Assembly: GCF_002483235.1 (NCBI RefSeq)
Contig: NZ_DLHN01000026.1
Coordinates: forward strand, 113,197 to 177,196
Source of the DNA: Pedobacter glucosidilyticus
Lineage (GTDB): Bacteria > Bacteroidota > Bacteroidia > Sphingobacteriales > Sphingobacteriaceae
DNA: 64,000 nucleotides
Direction: 5' to 3'
The position numbers were made by a program, and so were the translations under genes. Below, one piece after another: positions 27,173-38,523 of the stretch. The notes beneath the pieces were generated by a model. It did no database searches, had not been told where the DNA came from, and worked only from the letters and a program-made list of their open reading frames with translations. Each line of letters opens with the position of its first letter. Position 1 is the first letter of the stretch.

Positions 27173-29635
27173 TTGTTAAAGAAAAATATCATTTGGCTAG
27201 TTCTTGTAGTTCTAGGTTTACAAAATTCAGTAATTGCGCAACAAAAAATAAGATTAAATGATAACTGGGAGTTCCTAAAACAAGATTTAGGAGGTATTTG
27301 GGAAGCTGTTAGACCAGTAGGTGCAGGTAATCCAGAAAGTGTGCCGCTATGGGAAAAAGTAAGTTTGCCACATTGTGTTAATGCAGAAGATGCAGTAGAC
27401 CCTGATATGAATTATTACCAAGGACCATCTTGGTACAGAACTTTAATAGAGGTAAAAAATCCTTATCAAACAGGAAGAACCTTATTACATTTTGAAGGCG
27501 CTGGCCAAAAAACAGATGTTTATATCTATCAAACAAAAGTGGGTTCACACGTTGGTGGATATGATGAATTTACCGTTGATATTACTGATGCTGTAGCTGC
27601 TTTCCAGAAAACTGATGTTTATCAGAAACAATTTAAAGGTAAAATTCCATTATCTATCCGTACAGATAATTCTCGCGATTTAGAACTTATTCCGTCAGAT
27701 TTATCTGATTTTAACCTTTACGGAGGCATCTATCGTTACTTAAATTTGGTTTATAAGCCATCCCTTTCGGTTGATAAAGTTTTCGCTTTAGCCACGGTAG
27801 ATAAAGAAGGTAAAAATGCTTCCTTAAACGTAAAAGCAAGGTTTTATAACCCTAAAGGCACTAGCAATGCAGAGGTAGAGCTTAAATTAATATCGCCTTC
27901 AGGTAAAGTTATCAGTACGCAAAAAAAGCAAATTCAACTAACAGGTAAAGATTTAGAAATTGCTAATATAAAAGTAGCTAAAGCCGAGCTTTGGTCTACC
28001 GATAAACCAACACTTTATACCGTTGAATTAAATGTTAAAACTGCTGATGGTGTAGATAAACATGAAGAAAAAATAGGATTCAGACATTTTGAATTTGTAG
28101 AAAAAGGGCCGTTTTTATTAAACGGGAAACGTTTGTTACTGCAAGGCACACACCGCCATGAAGACCATGCCGGAGTTGCTGCCGCCATGACAGATGAAAT
28201 GATGCGTACCGAGATGAAGATGATGAAAGATATGGGAGTTAATTTCATCCGTTTAGGTCATTATCAGCAATCAAGAACCATCTTAAACTTATGTGATAGC
28301 CTAGGAATGGTGGTTTGGGAAGAAATTCCTTGGTGTCGTGGTGGTTTAGGCGGCGATGTTTATAAACAACAAGCTCGTAGAATGCTCACTAACATGATTG
28401 AGCAGCATTATAATCATCCATCTATAATCATTTGGGGTTTAGGTAATGAGAACGATTGGCCTGGAGATTTTCCTGAGTTTGATAAAGAAAAAATCAGGGT
28501 GTTTATGAAAGAGTTGCATGACCTTTCTCATGCTTTAGACCCTACGCGTAAAACAGCTATCAGAAGATGCGATTTCTGTAAAGACATTGTAGATGTTTAC
28601 TCGCCTTCAATCTGGGCAGGTTGGTATCGTGGTATTTATACCGAGTATAAGCAAGTTTCTGAAGAAGAATTTAAGAAAGTTAAACATTTCTTACATGTAG
28701 AATGGGGTGGCGATGGTCATGCTCGTCGCCATTCTGAAAACCCAGATAATGCTTTGCGTAAAGTTAAAACTGGCGTTGGTGCCGATGAAAGAGCTGGAGA
28801 TGCTTCTTTAATTGGTGGTGCTAGCAGAGTTTCTAAAGATGGTGATTGGAGCGAATCTTACATCGTAAACTTGGTAGATTGGCATTTAAAAGAACAAGAA
28901 ACTATGCCTTGGCTAACTGGTACTGCACAATGGCCTTTTAAAGATTTTTCTACACCTGTAAGACCTGATAACCCGGTGCCTTACATGAACCAAAAAGGAG
29001 TTATAGAAAGAGATTTTACCAAAAAAGAGGTTTTTTATGTTTATCAATCTTATTGGACTAAAAAGCCAATGGTTCATATCTACGGGCATACTTGGCCAGT
29101 GCGTTGGGGTGCTGCCGGAGAGGAGAAAATGATTAAAGTTTTCTCTAATTGCGATGAAGCCGAATTATTTGTTAATGGTAAAAGCCAAGGAGTTAAAAAA
29201 CGTAACAGTCAGGATTTTCCTGCGGCAGGTTTACGTTGGAATGTAGTGCCAAATGCAGGTAAAAACATAGTTAAAGTAATTGCCAAAAAAGGTAAAACTG
29301 TTTTAGAAGATGAGTTAAGCTTTGAATATGAAACTAGGCAATGGGGCGCTCCGGCAAGACTAGAAGTACGCAAAATATCCGAAGAAAATGGTAAAGCTAC
29401 TATCGAGGTTAAACTTAAAGATGCTAATGGCGTACAATGTTTAGACTCTAGAAACTGGGTGCGTTTTTCTTTAGCCGGAGATGGCGAGTTAATCGATAAT
29501 CAAGGAACTTCTACAGGCTCTAGATATGTACAGTTCTACAATGGCCGAGCTTTAATCAGTGTTAAAACTAATGGCGGTAAAAATACCATTGCCGTTAAAT
29601 CAGAAGGTGTACCTTCAGAAATGTTAACTTTATAA
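27173..29635 (+). CDS. GH2 glycoside hydrolase (beta-galactosidase/beta-glucuronidase class)
   Basis: TTG start with no in-frame ATG nearby. Signal peptide. Motifs [57 protein letters not shown]. Confidence 0.9.
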   Translation: MLKKNIIWLVLVVLGLQNSVIAQQKIRLNDNWEFLKQDLGGIWEAVRPVGAGNPESVPLWEKVSLPHCVNAEDAVDPDMNYYQGPSWYRTLIEVKNPYQTGRTLLHFEGAGQKTDVYIYQTKVGSHVGGYDEFTVDITDAVAAFQKTDVYQKQFKGKIPLSIRTDNSRDLELIPSDLSDFNLYGGIYRYLNLVYKPSLSVDKVFALATVDKEGKNASLNVKARFYNPKGTSNAEVELKLISPSGKVISTQKKQIQLTGKDLEIANIKVAKAELWSTDKPTLYTVELNVKTADGVDKHEEKIGFRHFEFVEKGPFLLNGKRLLLQGTHRHEDHAGVAAAMTDEMMRTEMKMMKDMGVNFIRLGHYQQSRTILNLCDSLGMVVWEEIPWCRGGLGGDVYKQQARRMLTNMIEQHYNHPSIIIWGLGNENDWPGDFPEFDKEKIRVFMKELHDLSHALDPTRKTAIRRCDFCKDIVDVYSPSIWAGWYRGIYTEYKQVSEEEFKKVKHFLHVEWGGDGHARRHSENPDNALRKVKTGVGADERAGDASLIGGASRVSKDGDWSESYIVNLVDWHLKEQETMPWLTGTAQWPFKDFSTPVRPDNPVPYMNQKGVIERDFTKKEVFYVYQSYWTKKPMVHIYGHTWPVRWGAAGEEKMIKVFSNCDEAELFVNGKSQGVKKRNSQDFPAAGLRWNVVPNAGKNIVKVIAKKGKTVLEDELSFEYETRQWGAPARLEVRKISEENGKATIEVKLKDANGVQCLDSRNWVRFSLAGDGELIDNQGTSTGSRYVQFYNGRALISVKTNGGKNTIAVKSEGVPSEMLTL

Positions 29636-29636
29636 G

Positions 29637-32102
29637 ATGAAGAAATACATCTGCTTGTTGCCTTTAATAGCTCTTTCTGGGTTAAGCTTTAGTCAAACTG
29701 GTTTAGATAAAACTTTAAAACTTTGGTATAATAAGCCAGCCGCCAATTGGAATGAAGCTTTACCTATTGGTAATGGACGTTTAGGGGCAATGATTTTTGG
29801 TGGCTCAGCTAAAGAGCAATTACAGCTCAATGAAGAAACGGTTTGGTCTGGTGGCCCTAATAACAATGTAACTGCCGAGTCTGGAAAAGCTATTCCCGCT
29901 GTAAGAAAACTCTTAGCAGAAGGGAAAATTGTAGAAGCTCAGGCTATAGCCGATGTTGAACTCATGCCTAAAAAGAATAGCGGTATGATGTATCAACCTG
30001 TTGGAGATTTATTTTTAGATTTTCCTGGGCATGAGGAAGTTCAAGATTATTACCGCGATTTAAATATCGAAAAAGCTGTTGCCACCGTAACTTATAAACT
30101 CAATGGCGTTAGTTATAAAAGGGAGATTTTTTCTTCTTTTGTAGACCAAGCTATTGTAGTACGTTTAACGGCAAGCCAAAGCGGGAAAATAACTTTTAAT
30201 GCTTCTTTAACATCGCCTTTACAGGGAGAGCAAAAAATAGCTGATCAAAAACTTATCCTTACCGGAACATCATCAGACCATGAGGGTGAAAAAGGTCAAG
30301 TAAAGTTTGAAACCCAAGTTAAGGTGCTTACCAATGGGGGTACAGCACAGCTAGTAGATAACCAATGGAAGGTTAAAAATGCCAACTCGGCAACTATTTA
30401 TATCGCAATCGCTACCAATTTTATTAATTATAAAGATGTATCAGGCAATGCATCCGCGAAAGCGAGTGCTTATTTAAATAAGGCTGTTCAGGTAAGTTAT
30501 CCTCAGGCTTTGGCTAAACATATTCAGTTTTATCAGCAATATTTTAATCGTGTAAAATTAGATTTAGGCCTTAACGATGCTGTTAAGAAGCCAACTAACC
30601 TCAGGATTTATGAGTTTGCTAAAAGTAACGATCCGCATTTAGCAGCGCTTTATTTTCAGTTTGGTAGATATTTATTAATCTCTAGCTCGCAGCCGGGTAC
30701 ACAACCTGCTAACCTGCAAGGTATCTGGAATGCGCAGGTTAATCCATCTTGGGATAGTAAATATACCATCAATATCAATACAGAAATGAATTATTGGCCT
30801 GCAGAGCTCACCAATTTAACAGAGCTGCATGAGCCTTTATTTAAGTTGATTAAAGATATTGCTGTTACTGGTAAAGAAACCGCTCAGTTAATGTACGGAG
30901 CTAAAGGTTGGGTAGCGCATCATAACACAGATATTTGGAGAATTACAGGTCCGGTTGATAGACCATTTGCTGGTTTATGGCCTATGGGTGGTACTTGGTT
31001 GAGTCAGCACCTTTGGGATAGATATGAGTTTACCGGAGATGTTAATTTCTTAAAAGAGCATTATCCGATATTAAAAAGTGCTTGCGAATTTTATTTAGAT
31101 GTTTTACAAGAAGAGCCTAAAAATAAATGGCTGGTGGTATCGCCATCCAACTCTCCAGAAAATACACAAGTGGCTAAGCAAAGGGTATCTATTACGGCAG
31201 GCGCAACTATGGATAATCAACTCTTGTTTGATTTGTTTAGAAAAACCATAAAAGCAGCTCAAATTTTAGGTGTTGATGCTGATTTTGCCAAACAATTAGC
31301 CGCTACACAAGCCCGATTAGCGCCTATGCAAATTGGTAAACATAGCCAATTACAAGAATGGATGTGGGATTTAGATCGTCCTGATGATAAACATCGTCAT
31401 GTTTCTCATCTTTACGGCTTGTATCCAAGTAATCAAATATCGCCATACAAAACGCCAGAGTTATTTGATGCCGCCAGAACTTCTTTGTTGTACCGTGGCG
31501 ACCCGGCAACAGGCTGGTCTATGGGTTGGAAAGTGAATTTATGGGCTAGATTTTTAGATGGAAATCATGCTTACAAATTAATTACAGACCAATTACGATT
31601 GGTAGATCCCGCAATGCCGATGAGTGTTACCGGAGGAGGTACTTATCCTAATATGTTTGATGCCCATCCACCATTTCAAATAGATGGGAATTTTGGCTGT
31701 ACAGCAGGTATTGCAGAAATGCTTTTGCAATCTCATGATGGTGCCATACACATCTTACCTGCTTTGCCTGATAACTGGCCAAGCGGCAGCATAAAAGGCT
31801 TAAAAGCCAGAGGCGGTTTTGAGGTTGATATTGTTTGGAAGGATAAAAAACTAACCTCTTTAACAGTAAAATCTTCTTTAAACGGTAATTGTAGGTTAAG
31901 AATTAATGAAGATTTAATAGCTGTTATCCCGCAAGGTTTAAAACCTGCTAAGGGATTAAATGCTAATACTTTTTTTGAAGTCCCTGAAGTTAAAAAACCA
32001 ATAATAGCTGCTGAGGCTAAAATAAATCCGGTAGGGATAAAAGTCTCTAAAGAATTTGATATAGATGCTAAACCGGGTAAAACCTATTCTTTTAATTTTT
32101 AA
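29637..32102 (+). CDS. GH95 alpha-L-fucosidase/alpha-L-galactosidase family hydrolase
   Basis: Signal peptide. Typical GH95 N-terminus '[28 protein letters not shown]…[11 protein letters not shown]', then [39 protein letters not shown]. Confidence 0.92.
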   Translation: MKKYICLLPLIALSGLSFSQTGLDKTLKLWYNKPAANWNEALPIGNGRLGAMIFGGSAKEQLQLNEETVWSGGPNNNVTAESGKAIPAVRKLLAEGKIVEAQAIADVELMPKKNSGMMYQPVGDLFLDFPGHEEVQDYYRDLNIEKAVATVTYKLNGVSYKREIFSSFVDQAIVVRLTASQSGKITFNASLTSPLQGEQKIADQKLILTGTSSDHEGEKGQVKFETQVKVLTNGGTAQLVDNQWKVKNANSATIYIAIATNFINYKDVSGNASAKASAYLNKAVQVSYPQALAKHIQFYQQYFNRVKLDLGLNDAVKKPTNLRIYEFAKSNDPHLAALYFQFGRYLLISSSQPGTQPANLQGIWNAQVNPSWDSKYTININTEMNYWPAELTNLTELHEPLFKLIKDIAVTGKETAQLMYGAKGWVAHHNTDIWRITGPVDRPFAGLWPMGGTWLSQHLWDRYEFTGDVNFLKEHYPILKSACEFYLDVLQEEPKNKWLVVSPSNSPENTQVAKQRVSITAGATMDNQLLFDLFRKTIKAAQILGVDADFAKQLAATQARLAPMQIGKHSQLQEWMWDLDRPDDKHRHVSHLYGLYPSNQISPYKTPELFDAARTSLLYRGDPATGWSMGWKVNLWARFLDGNHAYKLITDQLRLVDPAMPMSVTGGGTYPNMFDAHPPFQIDGNFGCTAGIAEMLLQSHDGAIHILPALPDNWPSGSIKGLKARGGFEVDIVWKDKKLTSLTVKSSLNGNCRLRINEDLIAVIPQGLKPAKGLNANTFFEVPEVKKPIIAAEAKINPVGIKVSKEFDIDAKPGKTYSFNF

Positions 32103-32103
32103 A

Positions 32104-34695
32104 ATGATGATGTTGAAACGTTTTTTGTTGATAGCTGCAACAGGCTTAACTGCTCATGTGACTATCGCTCAAGAGAATTTAAATAAATTGTGGTACCAAG
32201 CGCCAGCTAGAGTATGGGAAGAGGCTTTACCTTTAGGAAATGCCAAAACCGGAGCAATGGTTTTTGGTAACATCAGCAAAGAGCGTTTACAACTTAATAA
32301 CAACACCTTATGGTCTGGTTATCCAAACCCGGGTAATAACCCCAAAGGTGCAGCGGCTTTACCACTAGTTAGGCAAGCCATCATCACAGAAGACTATGGT
32401 AAAGCCACAGATATTTGGAAGAAAAATCTACAAGGACCTTATTCTGCTCGCTATCTTACCATGGCAGATTTATATCTGGATTTTAACTTTAAAGATTCTA
32501 CCGCAAGCACTTACAGAAGAGAGTTAGACATTAGCAAAGCCATCCATAAGGTAACTTATAAAGTGGCGGGAGTTACATATACCAGAGAAACTTTTATCAG
32601 TCATCCCGATAAGGTTTTACTTGTACGCATAACTGCCGATAAGCCAAATGCTATTAGTTTTAATACACAGTTAAATAGCAAACTTAAATACGCTACACAA
32701 GCCAATGCAGCCAATTACTTGATTTTAAAAGGCAAAGCTCCTAAACATGTGGCACACAGAAGTACAGAACCAGAGCAGATTGTTTACGATGAAAAGGAGG
32801 GGATGACTTTTGAAGTTCATCTAAAAATTAAGACCGAAGGAGGTACAGTAAAAGCTTTACAAAATCAATTACAAGTTAGTAAAGCCAATGCGGTAACCAT
32901 TTATCTTACGGATGCTACCAGTTATAACGGTTTCGATAAATCGCCAGGTTTAGAAGGTAAAAATCCTGCTATACAGGCGCAAGCAGATATGAATAAAGCT
33001 TTTGCAAAGTCTTACGCTGCCATGAAACAGCTACATATTGCAGATCATCAAAAGCTATTTAACCGTGTAAGTTTTGCTTTACAAAATAATCCTGATTTAG
33101 ATAAATTACCAACCAACATCCGTTTGCAAAAGCAAGGTGTAAAAGGTAACGATCAAGGTTTACAGGCTTTGTATTTCCAATTTGGGAGATATTTGATGAT
33201 TGCCGGCTCCAGACCGGGTTCTTTACCAACCAATTTGCAAGGCATCTGGAATGATTTGGTACAACCACCTTGGGGAAGTAATTATACCGCCAACATCAAT
33301 ACCCAAATGAATTATTGGCCAGCAGAAAACGGAAATCTTTCTGAATTACACCATCCTTTGTTTGATTTTATTGAAAGGTTGGCCGTTAATGGAAAAGCAA
33401 CATTAAAAACCAATTACGGTATTAATGAAGGCTGGACCGTACATCACAATACAGATATTTGGGCTAAAACATCGCCAACAGGAGGCTATGATTGGGACCC
33501 TCGCGGTACGCCGCGTTGGTCGGCTTGGGCAATGGGCAGCCCTTGGTTTTGTATGCACTTATACGACCATTATTTGTATACTGGGGATATTAACTTCTTA
33601 AGAAACAAAGCTTATCCTTTAATGAAAGGTACCGCCCAGTTTTTATTGAATTGGTTACAAGAAGATGCTAATGGACAGTTGGTTACCAATCCATCAACCT
33701 CACCAGAGAACGTATTTAAAATTGACGGTGAAGAGTACGAGATGAGCATGGCCACCACCATGGATATGGGTATTACCAAAGAGTTTTTTGCAGCTTTCTT
33801 ACATACAGCTAAAGCTTTAAATGTTGATGCTGCTTTAAGAGCTCGGGTAGAAAATGCTTATCAAAAATTGTATCCTTACAAAATAGGAAAACATGGGCAG
33901 TTGCAAGAGTGGTTTAAAGATTGGGATGATCCGGAAGATAAACACCGACATATTTCTCATCTATTTGGCTTATTTCCAGGTAATCATATCACCATACAAC
34001 ATACACCAGAATTGGCAGCAGCTTCCAAGCAATCTCTTATCCACCGTGGAGATATCAGTACAGGTTGGTCTATGGCGTGGAAAATCAACTGGTGGGCAAG
34101 ATTACAAGACGGAAATAAAGCTTTGGAGATATTAAAAGCCGGTTTAACGGAAATAGACCCTGTGCAAAAGAAAGAAGATGGCGCTGGGTCTAATGCCCAA
34201 TTAAGTAATTTTCAAACGAGTGGCGGCGGTACTTATCCAAACATGTTTGATGCGCATCCTCCCTTTCAAATAGATGGTAATTTTGGAGCAACAGCAGGTG
34301 TTATAGAAATGTTAATGCAAAGCCATACCGATGCTATAAATTTACTGCCAGCGCTGCCTAAAGAATGGGCAAAAGGCACTATCAAAGGGATTAAAGCAAG
34401 AGGAAATTTTACTGTAGATGTTTCTTGGGATAAAGGCCAGCTAACACAAGCTACTCTAATATCTCATTTAGGAGGCAACTGCCGTTTAACTACTAAAATA
34501 CCTGTTAAAGTTGTTGGGGTAGTTAGTAAAGCAGCATCGGGTAAAAACCCAAATCCTTTATATTATCAGTTTGATGAGGTTAAATTCGATAAAGTAGCAC
34601 AAGTTAAACTGCCAAACTTAAATGTATCAAAAGAATTTACCATAGATTTTAATACCCAAAAGGGCATGAAATATATTATTATGCCTTTATTGTAG
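32104..34695 (+). CDS. GH95 family hydrolase (second copy)
   Basis: The start was moved to the ATG at 32104 (MMMLKRFLLIAATGLTAHVTIAQ), 1 nt after the upstream stop. Same GH95 motif set ([57 protein letters not shown]). Confidence 0.92.
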   Translation: MMMLKRFLLIAATGLTAHVTIAQENLNKLWYQAPARVWEEALPLGNAKTGAMVFGNISKERLQLNNNTLWSGYPNPGNNPKGAAALPLVRQAIITEDYGKATDIWKKNLQGPYSARYLTMADLYLDFNFKDSTASTYRRELDISKAIHKVTYKVAGVTYTRETFISHPDKVLLVRITADKPNAISFNTQLNSKLKYATQANAANYLILKGKAPKHVAHRSTEPEQIVYDEKEGMTFEVHLKIKTEGGTVKALQNQLQVSKANAVTIYLTDATSYNGFDKSPGLEGKNPAIQAQADMNKAFAKSYAAMKQLHIADHQKLFNRVSFALQNNPDLDKLPTNIRLQKQGVKGNDQGLQALYFQFGRYLMIAGSRPGSLPTNLQGIWNDLVQPPWGSNYTANINTQMNYWPAENGNLSELHHPLFDFIERLAVNGKATLKTNYGINEGWTVHHNTDIWAKTSPTGGYDWDPRGTPRWSAWAMGSPWFCMHLYDHYLYTGDINFLRNKAYPLMKGTAQFLLNWLQEDANGQLVTNPSTSPENVFKIDGEEYEMSMATTMDMGITKEFFAAFLHTAKALNVDAALRARVENAYQKLYPYKIGKHGQLQEWFKDWDDPEDKHRHISHLFGLFPGNHITIQHTPELAAASKQSLIHRGDISTGWSMAWKINWWARLQDGNKALEILKAGLTEIDPVQKKEDGAGSNAQLSNFQTSGGGTYPNMFDAHPPFQIDGNFGATAGVIEMLMQSHTDAINLLPALPKEWAKGTIKGIKARGNFTVDVSWDKGQLTQATLISHLGGNCRLTTKIPVKVVGVVSKAASGKNPNPLYYQFDEVKFDKVAQVKLPNLNVSKEFTIDFNTQKGMKYIIMPLL

Positions 34696-34820
34696 ACTTT
34701 TATGTTTGTGTAACAATCATATAGGATGTTAATTCAGCTTATTTTTAAGGTAATTGATGTGATTTTTATACCATAAAAATGCTGTTTATTTGGTATAACC
34801 ATAATAACCAATTTTATTAC

Positions 34821-36332
34821 ATGAAATTATATCCTGTAAAGGTCTTGTTGCTGGTAGCAATGACCACCACGCTTCTTTTTGCGTTTTCCAGTGCTACATG
34901 GCAGTCTAAGTTTTTAAAAGTTAATGCCGATGGCAGTATTACCTATTTTCCTGATGAACAAGGTAATACCATCCCAGATTTTAGCCGAGTAGGCTATCAC
35001 CACGGAGATAAAGCAATTCCTGATGTGAAAATTGTAAAAACACTCACCGCACCTGCATCTGGTGATAGCGAAAAACTGATACAACAAGCTATTGATGAAG
35101 TAGCTAAACTAAAGCCTAATACTATGGGGCATCGGGGTGCTATTTTACTCAAAAAAGGGACTTACAAAATACCCGGTGTTATTAAAATTAATACTGGGGG
35201 TATTGTGTTAAGAGGAGAAAAAGGTACTGTTTTAGTGGCGTCAGGTAAAGTAAAAAGAAACCTAATTGTGGTTTCTGGTGCTGGTGATGTTCAAGAGCTT
35301 AGCACCACAAGAGTTAAAATAACGGATGATTATGTGCCTGTGGGAACTAAATCTTTTAAAGTAAAATCTGCAAAAGCTTATCAGGTTGGGGATGATATTG
35401 TTGTATACAGACCAGCGACAGAAAAATGGATTGCCGATTTAAAAATGGATAAAATAGTTCCCAAATCAGACACCAGACAATGGGATACCAAAACTTATAA
35501 CTTTCCGTTTGAACGTAAAATCACTAAAATAGAAGGAAACACAATTTTTATAGATAATCCTATTGTGATGGCTATGGAAGCACAATACGGTGGTGGTGAA
35601 GTTTATAAATATACTTTTACGGGAAGAATTAAAGAAGTAGGTATAGAAAACCTACAGATAGAGTCTGAATATGCCAATGATACTGATGAAGAACATGGTT
35701 GGATAGCCGTACAGTTTAATAAAGTTGAGAATGCTTGGGCTAGAAATATAGTTTCTAAATATTTTGGATATTCTTGCGTGAGCTTAGAAAGAGGAGCTAA
35801 AAAAGTTACCGTTATAGATTCTAAATGCTTAGACGGAAAATCGCAAATTACAGGTGGCAGACGTTATTCTTTTAATAATGTAGGGCAGCAAAACCTCTTC
35901 ATGAATTTAGAAACCACCGAAGGCAGACATGATTATGTGACTGCAGCACAAGTTTTAGGGCCCAATGTGTTTTACAATTGTAAAGCATCTAAAACCCATT
36001 CTGATATTGGTCCGCACCACCGCTGGACCATGGGTACCCTTTACGATAACGTTGTAACAGACGGGCAAATAAATGTTCAAGACAGAGGTAACTCGGGTAC
36101 AGGACATGGTTGGGCTGGCGTAAACCAAGTGTTTTGGAATTGCCGAGCGAAAGAAATAACCTTGCAAAATCCTTATGTAAGCGGTAAAAACTATGCTATC
36201 GGTGTTATAGCAGAAAAAAGAATCAATACAAAACTTGGCGACCGCCCAGATGGAGAATGGGAAGGGCAAAATAAAGCAGGCTTGCAGCCCAGTTCTTTGT
36301 ATTTAGCGCAATTAAACGCTCGTAAAAAATAA
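34821..36332 (+). CDS. Secreted beta-helix-like protein of unknown function (paralog of 25441..27135)
   Basis: The start was moved to the ATG at 34821 (MKLYPVKVLLLVAMTTTLLFAFSSA). Conserved blocks are as listed for 25441 (PDFSRVGY, RGAILLKKGTY, SDIGPHHRW, GTGHGWAGVNQVFWNC, QPSSLYLAQL). Confidence 0.7.
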   Translation: MKLYPVKVLLLVAMTTTLLFAFSSATWQSKFLKVNADGSITYFPDEQGNTIPDFSRVGYHHGDKAIPDVKIVKTLTAPASGDSEKLIQQAIDEVAKLKPNTMGHRGAILLKKGTYKIPGVIKINTGGIVLRGEKGTVLVASGKVKRNLIVVSGAGDVQELSTTRVKITDDYVPVGTKSFKVKSAKAYQVGDDIVVYRPATEKWIADLKMDKIVPKSDTRQWDTKTYNFPFERKITKIEGNTIFIDNPIVMAMEAQYGGGEVYKYTFTGRIKEVGIENLQIESEYANDTDEEHGWIAVQFNKVENAWARNIVSKYFGYSCVSLERGAKKVTVIDSKCLDGKSQITGGRRYSFNNVGQQNLFMNLETTEGRHDYVTAAQVLGPNVFYNCKASKTHSDIGPHHRWTMGTLYDNVVTDGQINVQDRGNSGTGHGWAGVNQVFWNCRAKEITLQNPYVSGKNYAIGVIAEKRINTKLGDRPDGEWEGQNKAGLQPSSLYLAQLNARKK

Positions 36333-36347
36333 AAATCGTTATTCATC

Positions 36348-38501
36348 ATGAAGAAAATAAGTTTAATAGTTGCTTGCTTTTGTTTAATAGCAATTCAAGC
36401 GTTTTCTCAAGCTATACAATGGACAGAAGTTTATCCCGGCGTATGGAAAGGTGTAGCTGGTAAACCAGAAAATTTTGATTTATTAAAAGCAGCAGGCGCT
36501 AAGCCTAATGCAAACGCTTTAGCTAAAATAGGTAGTGCTAATTTCCCTTTGAAACAAGCCGATATTAAATTTGAATTACAAGACGGAAAAACATTTTTAA
36601 GTTTCCCTTTAGAACTGGAAGAACAACTGTATGGTTTTGGTTTGAATTTCCAAACTGTGCATCAAAGAGCTAAGGTTTTAGAGCTACATGTAGACCACTA
36701 TGGAGGTAAAGATAATGGTCGTACACATGCTCCAGTGCCTTTTTACATGTCTTCCAAAGGTTATGGTGTTTTCATCAACTCGGCCAGATATATTAAAGTA
36801 TGGGCAGGAACAAGTTTAAGAAAAGATAGCCCTATTTTTCCAGCAGAACCGGTAGATAGAACGGCAGGTAAAAACTGGCAATCAAGAAATACTTCTGATG
36901 CTGTTGAAATTTTAGTGCCAGCAGAAGGGGTAGAGTTTTATGTTTTTGCTGGTCCAAAACCGTTACAAGTTATGCAACGCTATAACTTATTTAACGGCGG
37001 CGGTTATTTACCTCCAAGATGGGGTTTAGGCTTTACTCAACGTGTTAAAACAAAATTTACCGATGCTGAAGTAAAAGAAGAAGTTAAGGCTTTTCAGGAT
37101 AAGGGTTATCCTTTAGATTTTGTGGGTTTAGAACCAGGTTGGCAAAGTTGGGCCTATCCAGGGAGTTTTACTTGGGATAAAGGCAGATATCCAAACCCAC
37201 AGGCTTTTGTAAAAGAAATGCTTGATAAAGGCATCAGGTTAAACCTTTGGATAAATCCTTATGTATCGCCAAAAGCTAGTTTTTATAAAGAAATAAGACC
37301 ATTAACAGGTTCACATACCGTATGGCGTGGTGCAGTTCCTGATTTTAATTTGCCAGAAGCCAGAAAAATATTCTTTAACCAGCTTAAACAAGACCAAATA
37401 GATATTGGCGTAAGCGGGTACAAAATAGATGAAGTTGATGGTTATGATTATCATTTATGGCCAGATATTGCAAAATTTCCTTCCGGAGTATCTGCCGAGC
37501 AAATGAGACAAACTTATGGTTTAATGGTACAACGCTACACTTCAGATTTGTTTAAGGAGCGTAACCAAAGAACTTTTGGATTGGTAAGAGCATCAAATGG
37601 AGGCGGTACTTCTTTCCCTTATGTCATCTATAACGATTATTATAACCACGAAGATTTTATCACCGCTTTAATTAATAGTGGTTTCTCTGGCGTATTATGG
37701 ACTCCAGAGGTTAGAGCATCAAAAACTGGTGAAGAATGGTTAAGAAGATTCCAATCTAACGTATTTTCTCCAATGGCTATGATTAACGCTTGGTCATCGG
37801 GTACAAAACCTTGGACATACCCAGATGTTGCCGAACAAGTAAAAGAGTTTTCTTTATTGAGGATGAAAATGATGCCTTATTGGTATACCACTTTTGCCAA
37901 GTATCATTTTGAAGGAGTTCCGCCTTTTAGAGCGATGAATTTAGAAGAAGGTTTCCAACAAGAGGTAAAAAAAGAAGTAGCTCAAGGAAACGTTAATTTG
38001 GAAGAAAACCCTTATGCTGAAGCTACTTCTAAAGAAATTAAAGACCAATACATGGCTGGAGATTATTTACTGGTAGCACCAATGTTTACTGGTCAAACAT
38101 CAAGAAAAGTAGTGTTACCAAAAGGTAAATGGTATGATTTCTATACCGGAGATTTTGTTGGTGATGGTAAAGTCATTACCGTTACCCCAGGTTTAGATAA
38201 GATACCTGTTTTCGTAAAAGATGGTGGTATTATACCGATGATGCCTGCCAAATTACATGCGCCTAAACTGAATGAGAAAGTTGATTTAGAGGTGAGATTT
38301 TATGGTGAAAAACCAGCTTCTTTTATGCTTTATGATGATGATGGTGAAACCTTTAATTACGAAAAAGGAGCTTACAGCTGGAGAGAAATTAAAATTGAAA
38401 AGCTAAAAAACGGAACATTTAAAGGTTCTATATCAGCTCCAGAAAAAGGTAAACCTAATACCATTGGTAAGGTAAGTTTTACCTATATGACTAAGAAATA
38501 A
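36348..38501 (+). CDS. GH31 glycoside hydrolase (alpha-glucosidase/alpha-xylosidase/alpha-galactosidase class)
   Basis: Signal peptide. 'YLPPRWGLGF', the nucleophile-region-like 'VSGYKIDEVDG' and 'VLWTPEVRA'. The length and architecture fit GH31. Confidence 0.8.
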   Translation: MKKISLIVACFCLIAIQAFSQAIQWTEVYPGVWKGVAGKPENFDLLKAAGAKPNANALAKIGSANFPLKQADIKFELQDGKTFLSFPLELEEQLYGFGLNFQTVHQRAKVLELHVDHYGGKDNGRTHAPVPFYMSSKGYGVFINSARYIKVWAGTSLRKDSPIFPAEPVDRTAGKNWQSRNTSDAVEILVPAEGVEFYVFAGPKPLQVMQRYNLFNGGGYLPPRWGLGFTQRVKTKFTDAEVKEEVKAFQDKGYPLDFVGLEPGWQSWAYPGSFTWDKGRYPNPQAFVKEMLDKGIRLNLWINPYVSPKASFYKEIRPLTGSHTVWRGAVPDFNLPEARKIFFNQLKQDQIDIGVSGYKIDEVDGYDYHLWPDIAKFPSGVSAEQMRQTYGLMVQRYTSDLFKERNQRTFGLVRASNGGGTSFPYVIYNDYYNHEDFITALINSGFSGVLWTPEVRASKTGEEWLRRFQSNVFSPMAMINAWSSGTKPWTYPDVAEQVKEFSLLRMKMMPYWYTTFAKYHFEGVPPFRAMNLEEGFQQEVKKEVAQGNVNLEENPYAEATSKEIKDQYMAGDYLLVAPMFTGQTSRKVVLPKGKWYDFYTGDFVGDGKVITVTPGLDKIPVFVKDGGIIPMMPAKLHAPKLNEKVDLEVRFYGEKPASFMLYDDDGETFNYEKGAYSWREIKIEKLKNGTFKGSISAPEKGKPNTIGKVSFTYMTKK

Positions 38502-38523
38502 TACATACTTCAAACTATAAATA

